Shown: positions 23,500 through 35,106 of the stretch, one piece after another | How positions within the stretch are numbered: position 1 is the stretch's first letter | Layout of the letters: each line of letters starts with the position of its first letter | From: Macrostomum lignano | Taxonomy: Eukaryota | NCBI GenBank assembly: GCA_002269645.1 | Contig: NIVC01000105.1 | Coordinates: forward strand, 473,992-537,991 | Reading direction: 5' to 3' | DNA: 64,000 bases | Notes under the pieces: generated by a model | The model's input: the letters and a program-made list of their open reading frames with translations, nothing else | The model's database searches: none | Told to the model about the DNA's origin: nothing | Translations under genes and position numbers: made by a program

Positions 23500-24349
23500 A
23501 TGGCATCACGGGGCGAGCGGACGGAGCTGCGAGGCCGGGACACGCAGGAGGCGGACCTGGACGGTGAGATCCGGCGGGCCCAGAAGCGGCTGCAGCTCGT
23601 GGAGCTACAAACGCGGGAGCGGGAGTTGCGAGACCGAGCCAGTGCAACATCAGGTACGGAATCAGGTGAGCATCAAAACATTTTCGCTGAAATCCCGAAC
23701 CAAACAGGCACCGTCTGGCCGAATGCCAGACCCCGACCGACTGAGATGCCGTGTCTGCTCGTCAAAGACTTCGTCGACGACCTTTCGGGCCAAGCAGACG
23801 AGCTGCTCACCCGAGGCAGCTCAGGCGGACTGGTGTTCAATCAAGAAGTCGACAACTAAATTAGACGGCATGACAGTCGGACAGTGGCTATCAGGCAGCA
23901 TGAGGATCCTGCTGCAGATGCTCGGCGAGACGTCGCATCAGGTAACTAGCAAGGGCCAGCCGTACACCCCGGTAGAACAAGCCAAGGACTACGCTCGGTA
24001 CAACATCCAAGTGGCCGAGCTTTTCGACCGACTCCCAGTGCACCGGGTGGTCCGATTCGACCACGACTCCCGCCAGCACCGCGCCGCCAACAGTCTCCGC
24101 TGGAGCAAAGACTGCTCCCAGATGTCTATCAGGCACCTGCTCAGCACCAAGACTGACCAGCAAAACCAGACAGCCAGGCGTCCCCAGCCTAACAAGAACC
24201 GCATCGTTGGGCCGCGAACATCCTCGGGTCGTGAGCTTTGTCTGTCTTTCAACAGCACCAATGGATGCTCAAGAACGAACTGCCACTATCTGCATGCCTG
24301 CCGAGTCTGCGAGGGCAACCACTCTGAGCAGAATCACTCAAAAAACTAA
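23500..24349 (+). pseudogene. Ngaro/DIRS gag-like ORF1 (frameshifted) ending in a Cys/His finger
   Basis: 23500..23859 (LLVKDFV) continues in the 23477..24349 frame: TVGQWLSGSMRIL...DYARY...FDHDSR...CLSFNSTNGCSRTNCHYLHACRVCEGNH. Confidence 0.75.
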
Positions 24350-24399
24350 GAAAGGTCGCCGATTGCGCGCGCACAGCCGATTTTACGCCTTCTGATTTT

Positions 24400-25140
24400 A
24401 ACAACCCGACGCAGCCTGCCCTAGCGGCAGGCCTCCTCAGGCCGCTTACTCAAATCTCTGCTCTAACGCGGCCGTCTGGTCATCTTCGAATCGACGCCTG
24501 GCGCCAGGAGCTCGCCGGTGACCACGACGCTGATTTTATTCTTGACAGCATCAAGCATGGCTTCCCTATCGCTGATGGCCTTGATTTTACGCCCTGTTTT
24601 CTACGCAACTACAAATCCTCCTACCAAAAACGCGACCAAGTCCAAGCAGCCCTAGAAGAAGAAATCCGTCTGGGCAGATACATCCCGGTGGCGGACAAGC
24701 CCGCGATGGTCTGCAAACTCGGCGCGATTCCTAGGGACAGTGCCAGCATCCGGCTGATCCACGACTGCTCCGTTCCTCACCGCCAAAGCCTGAACGACCA
24801 CTACGCCCAGCAGCGCAAGCTCCGCTTCACTTCTGTCGATGAGGCCGTTAATTTGATGCAGCCGGGCTGATTCATGGTTGACATCGCGTCCGCCTACCGT
24901 GCTGTGCCCATTTCTCCGCAGTGCTACCAAGCCACCGGGATTCACTGGGACTTCGGTGACGGGTGCTCGGCTTACTTAGTGAACACGCGGCTAACATTCG
25001 GCAGTCGTGCCTCTGTCAGCATCTTCCATCGTCTCACTCAAGCGGTTCGGCGTATGATATGCCGCAAAGGCTTCCTGGCCACCATTGTCTTCATAGATGA
25101 TTTTCTTGTCATGGCGAGGACAGAAGCTGAGTGCAACCGA
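24400..25140 (+). pseudogene. Ngaro/DIRS-type reverse transcriptase, truncated after the catalytic DD
   Basis: FILDSIKHGF, LGAIP...RLIHDCS, SVDEA, VDIASAYRAVP, TRLTFGSRAS, VFIDDFL; then an abrupt join to the terminal repeat. One stop at ~24868. Confidence 0.85.
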
Positions 25141-26024
25141 GCCTCTGCCTCTGTGCTGGGTGGGGGTGTGGGTGCGGTGTGTTGTGCGCGTGGTGTGTGG
25201 TGGTGGGGGTTGGGGTCGCGTTGCCCCTTTTATTCGCGTACTCTGTGCCTCAGCGTTGGCATGCTTGGCTAAATTTTTTTTCTTGTGCGCTTGCCTTTTC
25301 CCTCTGCCTTTCCCCTCTTTTTATCCCTCTTCATTTATCTCATTACTTGTAATACTCGTACTTCAATTTCGCGTCAAATACACTCGCTCTCGCTGGGCTC
25401 GTTTCGCCCGACTTTTCGCCGCGACCCCTGCGTCTTCTTGTTCCTTTCGGTCCGGTTGGCTAAAGGTTTTTTTCTTGGTCACCTGTTCATTGCAATTTTT
25501 TATAACATGTTTTTGCCATGCTTGTGAATTCGTTAACTTTGCTACCCTCCTCTTTTTGCAACCAGGCTTGGGACTGGCTTTGGCAGAGTTTCTCACAAAG
25601 TTTTTGTGATTTGCAGAAAATTCGTTAAATGCACAAAGAAATGTTGCTTGAGCATTTTCCGCATTGTATTCTTTGCTGAGCTATTGGCTCTCTCATGCGT
25701 ATGATATTTAGCATGTACAAGTTTTTACTGTATAAGGTATTAGCTTTGTTATGCTAAATGTTTATGTTTTCTAGTTAATGTCATGTTTTTATACAGAAGA
25801 TATTGGATATTATAGATAATAAATATTTGGATATTATATAGAAAATTTAAGATATTATGTATGTCGAATATTATATAATATACGGAAGATATTAGATATT
25901 ATGTATTACAAATATAATATTTTCAATTTAAGAAATCAGATACTACGAGCGTATATGCAAAATACGCAGACGAGTATTTACAACAATGTGTTCGCACAAA
26001 GCCGGTGAAAGTCAAAGAAAAACT

Positions 26025-28760
26025 TTAGTTGTATGGCACGCAGCAGCACACATAGCTATGAGCGCTGTGGCGCTGGAGCATCTCTGGAGAGGCGCATTCA
26101 ATGTGCATCCATGAGTCACAGAGGTCGCATTGTAGCCAAGTACCACTCTCTCTGGCTTCTGCTTCGTTGCAGAGTATGCACGAGTTTGCGTTTCCATTAT
26201 TCGAATAGGCTGTGCCTTCTAAATATTCCCAAATATGGGTTCTTGCTTTGTTAAAAAATTGCCTCGAAGTTGGAAAGCACAAAGACCTGAATTCATTATC
26301 GTTAGATGTGATCAATACTTTTGCGTACAAGCACACAAAGACTCCACAGTTGTAGCCATCTGCTTGAATGGATCTTAGCATCGATTTATTCCTATATTTT
26401 CCTTGAACACTAGGAACGCACATCTTTACTTGGGCCGTGTTGATGAACCTGTGCCAAAGCTCAATGTATCGATTTGTTATGTCGCTGTTCCTAATTGGCC
26501 TTGTGTCTAAGACTGCAAGTTGCTTTGTGTTCAAATCAATATAGACTAAGTGAAAGTGGTCGTTTTCTAAAATGGGACTCAGTAGGCGCTTGCAACCGGT
26601 TGAAACAGTGTTCTGTAGCATCCTCAGCGCATCATTCGAATCTACGTTTCGGATGCAGTTGAAGAAGCTGGACGGCAAGTGACCAACTTCACGATCCGGG
26701 TTGCTAACGCAGAGAAGATGGAAAAAAGCATTCACGATGCCGATGGACAGCCACTGCCCTGGTGCTAACGAATCTTTGTCGTACCTGCTCAGGAAGTCTC
26801 CCGCCCGAGTGTACCAAACCTCTGAGTGCTCTTGGTCGTGCGTGCCTGATGGACCAGATGTCATTGGGTTTGTACGGTGGGCTCTTTGACTTGTTTTCTG
26901 CCGTTTATATTTCGAGCGCGTATTTGATTCACGTTTTTTCCACTCCTCCTGGCATGATGAAATGTCCTCACGCTTTCTCTTTCGTCCTGACAATGTAGCT
27001 TTTCCACACTTGTTAAATATATTGAATGCAGATATGCGAGCTTTCAAGTACTTCAACTGCATCTCAACAAAGCATGTCGTGCGCACTCTCTTTCCTCTCT
27101 TTGATATGCGTGATTTCACGTCGGCAAAGTATGATTCAACGTATGAATTTGAAAACCAGCTCTTTTTCTTCTCAAATCTTTTTAGAGCAGCTATAAAATG
27201 ACAAAAGAGAGGCGCCAGGCTGCACCAGTTTTTTAGAAGGTAAATCAGCAGCTGCGGAGAATAATATTTTTCGAAAGGCGTGTTAGAAGGCTCAGTGCTG
27301 TCAATTATTTTCTGCCTTGCCAGAAACAGGCTAAAGAATGGCGAGTTTTCTCGGAGCGATTTAATTCGAATAGCATGTGATTTATCATCATAAGGTTTGG
27401 GTTTTTTTACTTTTTCGTTTATGTCTAGCAAAATGTTTTCATCGGTTGTGGTGTGAGTCGTTTCCCATTGATTGATTTGATTTATTAAGTCCCGAGGATG
27501 GCGCTGCCCTAGGAATGTTTCTGTTACGATATTCAATGTGAACTCGAACGCCTCAAAGGTTTCCTGGTGAATAAGCAGAACAAATGAATTTATAAAAAGT
27601 TCTCGAACGGCTTTTTCGACAGTTCCTTTTGCTTTGATGCCTCGGGCAAATGCATGAATTGCATGATTGGTGCAAATAAACGGAATCGTGTACGATATGG
27701 ACCTCCCACTGTGAACTGCCTCGAATGAATCGACCAGGTATTCCTCTAAGCTGTTTCCAAATGACCGACAAACTGAATGCAACATCGCCCATGAAAAGTC
27801 GGTGACAATTACAGCCGGCATAAACTCGTATGACATCAGTGTGCCGGAAGCGAGTGCTCCTAAATCAGCTCGCACAGAGAATAGGAAATGTTGAATTGAT
27901 TTTGTTTTATGATCGCTTGTAACCATCTCAGCCACTGGTACACTGCGTGTTTCCTGGTTGGCGGAGGGAAGTACTAGGGAGTACAGCATCATCTTTTTGC
28001 CTAGGCGCTGGATCTTTTTGAAAATGCCGCCAGTCGCGTCAAGATGCAATACACACTGAGGCCTGTTGACTATTAATTCAAGTTGCTTTTCCAGATACAA
28101 ATGAATGTGAAAAGGGCGACGTGATGTGGCTTGAATGTAGCCTAGCACGTACTTACTCTCCACATCTGTATCGTGCAAAATTTGCTGCTGCACAGAGAGT
28201 TCGACTTCAACATTATTGTGGAGACGATCTTCAGCAGAGACAATGCGCTTTGCATTGACGCGCCGAATGGCATCTAAATTCTTTGCTCTTGAGAAGTTGT
28301 ACTCGTCTCTGTCTCTCTTAGACATTTCGGAAAGAAGCCTATCGTGAACCTCTGTTGGTGCATCGGCTTCAAGCAGCTTCGTTATCTTTTGCGCCTCCGC
28401 AGGGGTCATTCTCGAAATCGTAGCTTTTTGGTGACATTTTCTGCCCCTGCTATGTACCACTACCTCCACTGGCTGATTTGAGGTGGGTACGTTGGAAATT
28501 CTGAAATCGTGAACAATCTCGCAACCAGCGTGCTGACAAAAAGCGACTTGTTTTAAAAAATATTTTGGGTTTTGCCTTTTGGAACACGGAAAGTTCACAT
28601 AGCGATTTTTGAATTTTAACACACAATTACTTCCCTGTTCACTAGCAGAGCAATAGCTTCGATAGTTTTCCCTCAACGTATCTAGCCACCATGATGCTGC
28701 ACTCCGCGTGAGTGCAGCATAATTCTTCTGACTCTGCCTAATTTTCATATTTTTTGCCAC
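26025..28760 (-). CDS. MULE/NOF-like DDE transposase fused to a Ulp1 (C48) protease and a PHD finger (911 aa)
   Basis: LHLDATG, VIVTDFSW, CTNH (CxxH) and NSYVESYF; Ulp1 motifs LAPGQWL, NDHF, LDT, QADGYNCG; C-terminal CILC...CDLCDSWMHIEC...YVC PHD; N-terminal Cys/His cluster. Confidence 0.85.
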   Translation of the reverse strand: MAKNMKIRQSQKNYAALTRSAASWWLDTLRENYRSYCSASEQGSNCVLKFKNRYVNFPCSKRQNPKYFLKQVAFCQHAGCEIVHDFRISNVPTSNQPVEVVVHSRGRKCHQKATISRMTPAEAQKITKLLEADAPTEVHDRLLSEMSKRDRDEYNFSRAKNLDAIRRVNAKRIVSAEDRLHNNVEVELSVQQQILHDTDVESKYVLGYIQATSRRPFHIHLYLEKQLELIVNRPQCVLHLDATGGIFKKIQRLGKKMMLYSLVLPSANQETRSVPVAEMVTSDHKTKSIQHFLFSVRADLGALASGTLMSYEFMPAVIVTDFSWAMLHSVCRSFGNSLEEYLVDSFEAVHSGRSISYTIPFICTNHAIHAFARGIKAKGTVEKAVRELFINSFVLLIHQETFEAFEFTLNIVTETFLGQRHPRDLINQINQWETTHTTTDENILLDINEKVKKPKPYDDKSHAIRIKSLRENSPFFSLFLARQKIIDSTEPSNTPFEKYYSPQLLIYLLKNWCSLAPLFCHFIAALKRFEKKKSWFSNSYVESYFADVKSRISKRGKRVRTTCFVEMQLKYLKARISAFNIFNKCGKATLSGRKRKREDISSCQEEWKKRESNTRSKYKRQKTSQRAHRTNPMTSGPSGTHDQEHSEVWYTRAGDFLSRYDKDSLAPGQWLSIGIVNAFFHLLCVSNPDREVGHLPSSFFNCIRNVDSNDALRMLQNTVSTGCKRLLSPILENDHFHLVYIDLNTKQLAVLDTRPIRNSDITNRYIELWHRFINTAQVKMCVPSVQGKYRNKSMLRSIQADGYNCGVFVCLYAKVLITSNDNEFRSLCFPTSRQFFNKARTHIWEYLEGTAYSNNGNANSCILCNEAEARESGTWLQCDLCDSWMHIECASPEMLQRHSAHSYVCCCVPYN

Positions 28761-28810
28761 ACATCAAAAGACAACTTAATAATAAAATTAGAATAATGAA
28801 ATTGCTTCAC

Positions 28811-31070
28811 AGCATCACTGCTCTCCGCATCATCACTCCGACCAGCATCACTCCCAACATCATCACTCACAACATCATCACTTCTAGCAGCATCACTCCC
28901 AGCATCATCACTCACAACATCATCACTCCCAGCAGCATCACTCCGACCAGCATCACTCCCAGCATCATCACTCCCAGCAGCATCACTCCCAACATCATCA
29001 CTCCCAACATCATCACTCCCAGCAGCATCACTCACAACATCATCACTCCCAGCAGCATCACTCCCAACATCATCACTCCCAGCATCATCACTCCCAGCAT
29101 CATCACTCCCAACATCATCACTCCCAGCAGCATCACTCCCAGCAGCATCACTCCCAGCATCATCACTCCCAACATCATCACTCCCAGCAGCATCACTCCC
29201 AGCAGCATCACTCCCAGCATCATCACTCCCAACATCATCACTCCCAGCATCATCACTCCCAGCATCATCACTCCCAACATCATCACTTCCAGCAGCATCA
29301 CTCCCAGCAGCATCACTCCCAGCAGCATCACTCACAACATCATCACTCCCAGCAGCATCACTCCCAACATCATCACTCCCAGCAGCATCACTCACAACAT
29401 CATCACTCCCAGCAGCATCACTCCGACCAGCATCACTCCCAGCAGCATCACTCCCAACATCATCACTCCCAGCATCATCACTCCCAACATCATCACTCCC
29501 AGCAGCATCACTCACAACATCATCACTCCCAGCAGCATCACTCCCAACATCATCACTCCCAGCACCAGCCCTCCTAGCAGCACCAACAACACCGGCAGCA
29601 CTCCTCCCAGCAACACAGGCAACACCAGCAACACCAGCAACACCAGCAGCACCAGCAGCACTCCTCCCAGCAACACCAGCAGCACTACTCCCAGCAACAG
29701 AAGCAGCACTCCTCCCAGCAACAGAAGCAGCACTCCTCCCAGCAACACCAGCAGCACTCCTCCCAGCAACACAAGTAGCACTCCTCTCATCAACACCAGC
29801 AGCACCCCTCAAAGCAACATCAGCAGCACCTCTCAAAGCAACACCAGCAGCACCAGCAGCACTCCTCCCAGCAGCACAAGCAGCACTCGTCCCAGCAACA
29901 GAAGCAGCACTCCTCCCAGCAACACCAGCAGCACTCCTCCCAGCAACACCGACAGCACTCCTCCCAGCAACACCAGCAGCACTCCTCCCAGCAACACCAG
30001 CAGCACTCCTCCCAGCAACACCAGCAGCAACAGCAGCACTCCTCCCAGCAACACCGACAGCACTCCTCCCAGCAACACCAGCAGCACCAGCAGCACTCCT
30101 CCCAGCAACACCGACAGCACTCCTCCCAGCAACACCAGCAGCACTCCTCCCAGCAACACCAGCAGCACCAGCAGCACTCCTCCCAGCAACACCGACAGCA
30201 CCAGCAGCACTCCTCCCAGCAACACCGACAGCACTCCTCCCAGCAACACCAGCAGCACTCCTCCCAGCAACACCAGCAGCACCAGCAGCACTCCTCCCAG
30301 CAACACCGACAGCACTCCTCCCAGCAACACCAGCAGCACTCCTCCCAGCAACACCAGCAGCACTCCTCCCAGCAACACCGACAGCACTCCTCCCAGCAAC
30401 ACCAGCAGCACTCCTCCCAGCAACACCAGCAGCACCAGCAGCACTCCTCCCAGCAACACCAGCAGCACTCCTCCCAGCAACACCGACAGCACTCCTCCCA
30501 GCAACACCAGCAGCACTCCTCCCAACAACACCAGCAGCTCCAGCAGCACTCCTCCCAGCAACACCGACAGCACTCCTCCCAGCAAAACCAGCAGCACTCC
30601 TCCCAGCAACACCAGCAGCACCAGCAGCACTCCTCCCAGCAACACCAGCAGCACCTCTCAAAGCAACACCAGCAGCACTCCTCCCAGCAGCACAAGCAGC
30701 ACTCCTCCCAGCAACACCAGCAGCACCCCTCAAAGCAACACCAGCAGCACCTCTCAAAGCAACACCAGCAGCACCAGCAGCACTCCTCCCAGCAGCACTC
30801 CTCCCAGCAACACCAGCAGCACTCCTCCCAGCAACACCAGCAGCACCAGCAGCACTCCTCCCAGCAACACCAGCAGCACTCCTCCCAGCAACAGAAGCAG
30901 CACTCCTCGCGGCAACACCAGCAGCACCCCTCAAAGCAACACCAGCAGCACCCCTCAAAGCAACACCAGCAGCACCTCTCAAAGCAACACCATCAGCACC
31001 TCTCAAAGCAACACCAGCAGCACCTCTCAAAGCAACACCAGCAGCACCAGCAGTACTCCTACCAGCAACA
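28811..31070. repeat. Compound CAG/CAT/CAC-based tandem array (15-bp then ~24-bp units), probably intronic
   Basis: (agcatcatcactccc)n at ~28811-29560, then (agcaacaccagcagcactcctccc)n at ~29570-31070. Confidence 0.95.
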
Positions 31071-31140
31071 AAAGAAGGTTTCCTCCTATCATTTGGAATA
31101 GAAAATTTGTTACTAGATTTAGTCGGTATAGTTGACTTAC

Positions 31141-31390
31141 CTCCAACGAGCTTCCTTTGGTAGAATAGCCATACAATTCGACGATTTTCTAAACTATTTT
31201 TTGCTGAGATTTTTGCAAGTATTTGCCCGCAAGCACCATATGGGCAGCGAAAGGACTTTCTAAGACTTTCGTCACTGTACTCTTGAAACAAATTTTTGGA
31301 CAAATCCAGAAACGATATGCGCCGATTGTGCGTTCCGTCACAAAGCAACACAAGAGCAGCCAGTAGGCAAATGCGAATGAAGAGACTCAT
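31141..31390 (-). CDS. Putative first coding exon of the MULE transposase gene
   Basis: ATG at 31390, 250 nt of non-repetitive coding sequence ending at a consensus donor GGAG|gtaagt (31140). A phase-1 splice to the ttaag| acceptor (exon resuming at 28774) enters the transposase frame but meets TGA at 28766-28764. Confidence 0.45.
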
Positions 31391-31907
31391 GATTTGAAAG
31401 ACAAGACAGAAAGCTATGATGGCGAGTTTAAGTTGGACAACAATGAAAGCAGCTGCATATATGGAGTGAGCAATGGGGAATCGTCGTCCATGGAATTAAG
31501 CAGAAGCATCCTTATTGGACGATCCATTCAATCGGGCAGATCTAAGCGTAAAGCTCTTTCATACCATGAGACTAACAACATAAGAATTGGGGGCTTACAG
31601 ACCGGGTTTAGTGCGGCGAACAGGGACTAAGAGGGAATAAAAACAGACAGAAGACACCACAGAGCACATTGACAGCATCAGACGAAAGATGAAAGTATTA
31701 CAAAAAAGACACCGAAAACGTCTGACAAAAGGCACATCAAACAAAATAAACAAAAGCGACAACTTCCTACAAGGACCTATTATCTATTAGTACCACAAGT
31801 AATTCCAAGCTTTAACAATTAAAGTCGCAAATGGCAGTGCCGCAACAGAAGCAACACACAGCGCCCTGCCGTCTGAGAGGGGATAATGGACTGAGGGGGG
31901 CATTAAA

Positions 31908-32934
31908 GAGTCTGTAAGTTCGAACAGATGGAGCCTTGGCGTCTTGTAGGCTTCTAGATTGATAATGTTTCCTTCCAGATCTCAGTTTTCAGCTTCGTAC
32001 TCACAATGGTTCCTGCCCAAGTACACTAAAGTACTTTCTGCAGCTGAGTGTACTGAGCAGGGGGACTTGGGAGTCTGTAAGTTCGAGTAGGGAACAGATG
32101 GAGCCTTGGCGTCTTGTAGGCTTCTAGATTGATAATGTTTCCTTCCAGATCTCAGTTTTCAGCTTCGTACTCACAATGGTTCCTGCCGAAGTACACTAAA
32201 GTACTTTCTGCAGCTGAGTGTACTGAGCAGGGGGGACTTGGGAGTCTGTAAGTTCGAGTAGGGAACAGATGGAGCCTTGGCGTCTTGTAGGCTTCTAGAT
32301 TGATAATGTTTCCTTCCAGATCTCAGTTTTCAGCTTCGTACTCACAATGGTTCCTGCCGAAGTACACTAAAGTACTTTCTGCAGCTGAGTGTACTGAGCA
32401 GGGGGGACTTGGGAGTCTGTAAGTTCGAGTAGGGAACAGATGGAGCCTTGGCGTCTTGTAGGCTTCTAGATTGATAATGTTTCCTTCCAGATCTCAGTTT
32501 TCAGCTTCGTACTCACAATGGTTCCTGCCGAAGTACACTAAAGTAATTTTGGTGAAAAATTACAGGAATTGAACATATTACATGTACAGTTTTTTGGTAT
32601 ATTTATATTGTATCTATGGCATCACCAACAATCGTTGATAGGTTTTTTAGTTTTATATATATTTGTTTTAAGGTTTTTTAGCTAGAATGTTAAATTTCGG
32701 TGTTTTACTTTTAGTTCTCAAATAAGCATTTTAATAGGCATTAAGTTATGTTGTAATGTAAATCGCTGAAACGAAATATGTTGAACGCTGTGGTAACGGT
32801 TATAATAATTGCTAGAGTTGATTTTTTACTATCTTAGACATTTTTGTAGGTTATTTTTCGTTTTTTACTTGTATTTTGTATTTTATTTTTTGGTACTGGT
32901 TCTGGTACTGGTTCTGGTACTGGGAGTATAGACG
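31908..32934. repeat. Right TIR: ~3.7 x 171-bp units plus the outer unique part
   Basis: Reverse complement of the left TIR, with one more partial unit. Confidence 0.93.
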
Positions 32935-35106
32935 TATATCAATTCTATTATTCTGTTCTAATGACCCGCTTGTTCTGTGGATCATCTTTCATAATTGCAA
33001 TGTCAGCCAATGAGAAAACAGTAATAAGGAAAATCACAGTGGTGATAATAAAAAATGCAAATAGCTCAAGTGTGCAAAAATGATTTCTATTAGCTTTAGG
33101 GCTACTGTATTAAAAGCTATAACTATTAGAAAGATGTCTATAATAAAAATAGATCAATTGCACAAACTTTTAGGATGCTCCTTTGTATATGCAATCATGC
33201 AGAACAAACAAACCCAGATAACAAATAAACATCCCAGAGTCCAGAGATGTTCATATTTTGGTCCCCTGAATGTCCAAGTTCAACGTCCTAGGACGTTCTT
33301 ATCAAAGGTAATTTTTAACATTCTTATCCGACGTCGTAGGGACATTGAAACCCAAAGTTCCTAAGCGACATTAGGAAGACTTAGAAATCATTTGTACAGT
33401 ATTTCTTTGTATACATGCCTTGCTTCTATATACATTATATCGATCATCACAAGTAGAATAGCAGCATTTCAGCCAGTATAGTATGACCCAGTACGACTTC
33501 AAATCCACAGCCCCTTGTGAAGAAAAAAATCTTTTGCAAACAACAGTATACAAATTTTAATCCAATCATCATTTATCAGTTATTAGACTAGTTTTATTTA
33601 CAGCAACACAAATGATGGGGGGACTGAGAGGGTAGTGCCTGAGTAAGATGAGAGGCAGTGACTGAGTGAAAGTGATAGCGAGCAGTGACCGAATTCATAT
33701 GCACATTCACTCGCTAGTAAAGCTAAAAGTAATAAATCATTAAATTATGCTTTTTTTCAATTAAACATGAATATATTTGCAATACTATATATAATTTGCC
33801 TATTAAAATATTTTAATATTATTTTTAATGAATCTAACAAGTAATACCTAGGAAAATGAGGTTTTTGAGGAAAATGAGCAACCTTAAATTCTAAGACTCA
33901 ATTCATATGAATGTTAAAATAAAAATTACACTATAAATAATAAAGCATACTTTAAATAAAAAGAAATTATATAATTATTTTATTTATAAAAATATTGTCT
34001 AGCCAAAAGTTTTTGTTGAATTGTCTTGCATTGCAACATATCACACTTTTTTGTTTCACATTATACTATGCCAGATTTTACCCTTTTTGCCTATTGTTGC
34101 ACCAGAATATGGTAGCCTAGCATATATCCAATCCATTTTGAGCTGGAATTTTCCATGAAAAAAGCCATCTTCCTGATTTTGAATAATAAAAAAATATATA
34201 ACATTTAATAGATTTTAAACAACAACAATATTAAAAAAGAATGAATAAAAAATATAGTTGAAATGTTTTAGGCCTACACTAAAAATTTTAACTCTAGTTC
34301 TATCAAATCAAAACTATATTAGAAATCAATAGTTAATATACTTAAACTGCAAAATTCATAATATTGACAACTAGTTGGATTTAAATTTAGACTATATTGT
34401 CTTATAAAATTTCTATAATTATTCCAAGATTTATCATATAATTTTTTAGCATTTTATGACTTTTACTTTTCATAACTTGAGTCTTATGGGCATAAATCTA
34501 TATCTTTATAGTTCTAATAAAAATGTTTGAAACAAAGATTGCATTGCAGTTAGCTTAAAAGGTCTAGGGCCATTCCATATAATTATGGTTGTAACATGAC
34601 AGACTATTTTTACTTATAAAATGAAATCTAATAATAGAATATACTAAACCAATATTTTGAATGAAATATTATTTTGTCAAAAAATATGTTTATAAAGTTT
34701 CATATAGATATCATCATTAGTATAGATGCTATTAAACCTTGAATGGCACTTATGGTCGTAACAACAATATTTTTGACATAAAAACTAAAGGTAAAAGTCT
34801 TATAACAATTTTCATTTTTGATATTTTGCAATAATTTTTTTAAATTTGACTAAGAATATCTTTAGAAGTCATACTCTTTTATTAGAATATATAAACTCAA
34901 AAAGGCAACAAAGATACAAAAGAAAAGGTAGCCTTATGGTCATAAAATTATAGTCGTAACAATTTTTTTTCTGTCTATTCAGTAACTTTGAGATACTAAT
35001 ATATTAAAAATATAATAGACTATATGGTTGCTAATGTTTTTATCTGATGATGAAAGTACTATAATTTTGTATATAGTTTGTTTTAACCTTTTTTTTTAAT
35101 TTTGTT

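Larger units (their letters stand above)
23183..25560 (+). mobile_element. Internally deleted Ngaro/DIRS-class tyrosine-recombinase retrotransposon nested in the MULE
   Basis: Gag-like and RT remnants lie between diverged direct repeats at ~23183-23305 and ~25155-25282 (gggtggggtgtggg...ccttttattc...gtactctg...cagcgttggc.tgcttggctaaa). Outer boundaries are approximate. Confidence 0.72.
22176..32934 (-). mobile_element. Foldback-type Mutator-like (MULE/NOF-like) DNA transposon, ~10.8 kb
   Basis: Near-identical ~0.9-1.0-kb inverted repeats (22176-23082 and ~31908-32934); 9-bp direct repeat tatatcaat at 22167-22175 and 32935-32943; internal DDE transposase ORF. Confidence 0.88.

Noticed and set aside
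29032-30695. Leu/Gly-rich and Cys/Trp/Glu-rich ORFs in alternative frames
   Set aside because: Frame artefacts of a triplet-based array.
22176-32934. Polinton/Maverick interpretation of the long-TIR element
   Set aside because: No protein-primed polymerase, retroviral integrase, ATPase or capsid ORF; no AGTAGT ends; the transposase is MULE-like.
34565-34960. gggccattcca start and repeated ttatggtcgtaac motifs suggesting a Harbinger MITE
   Set aside because: No convincing matching right TIR or TSD found.
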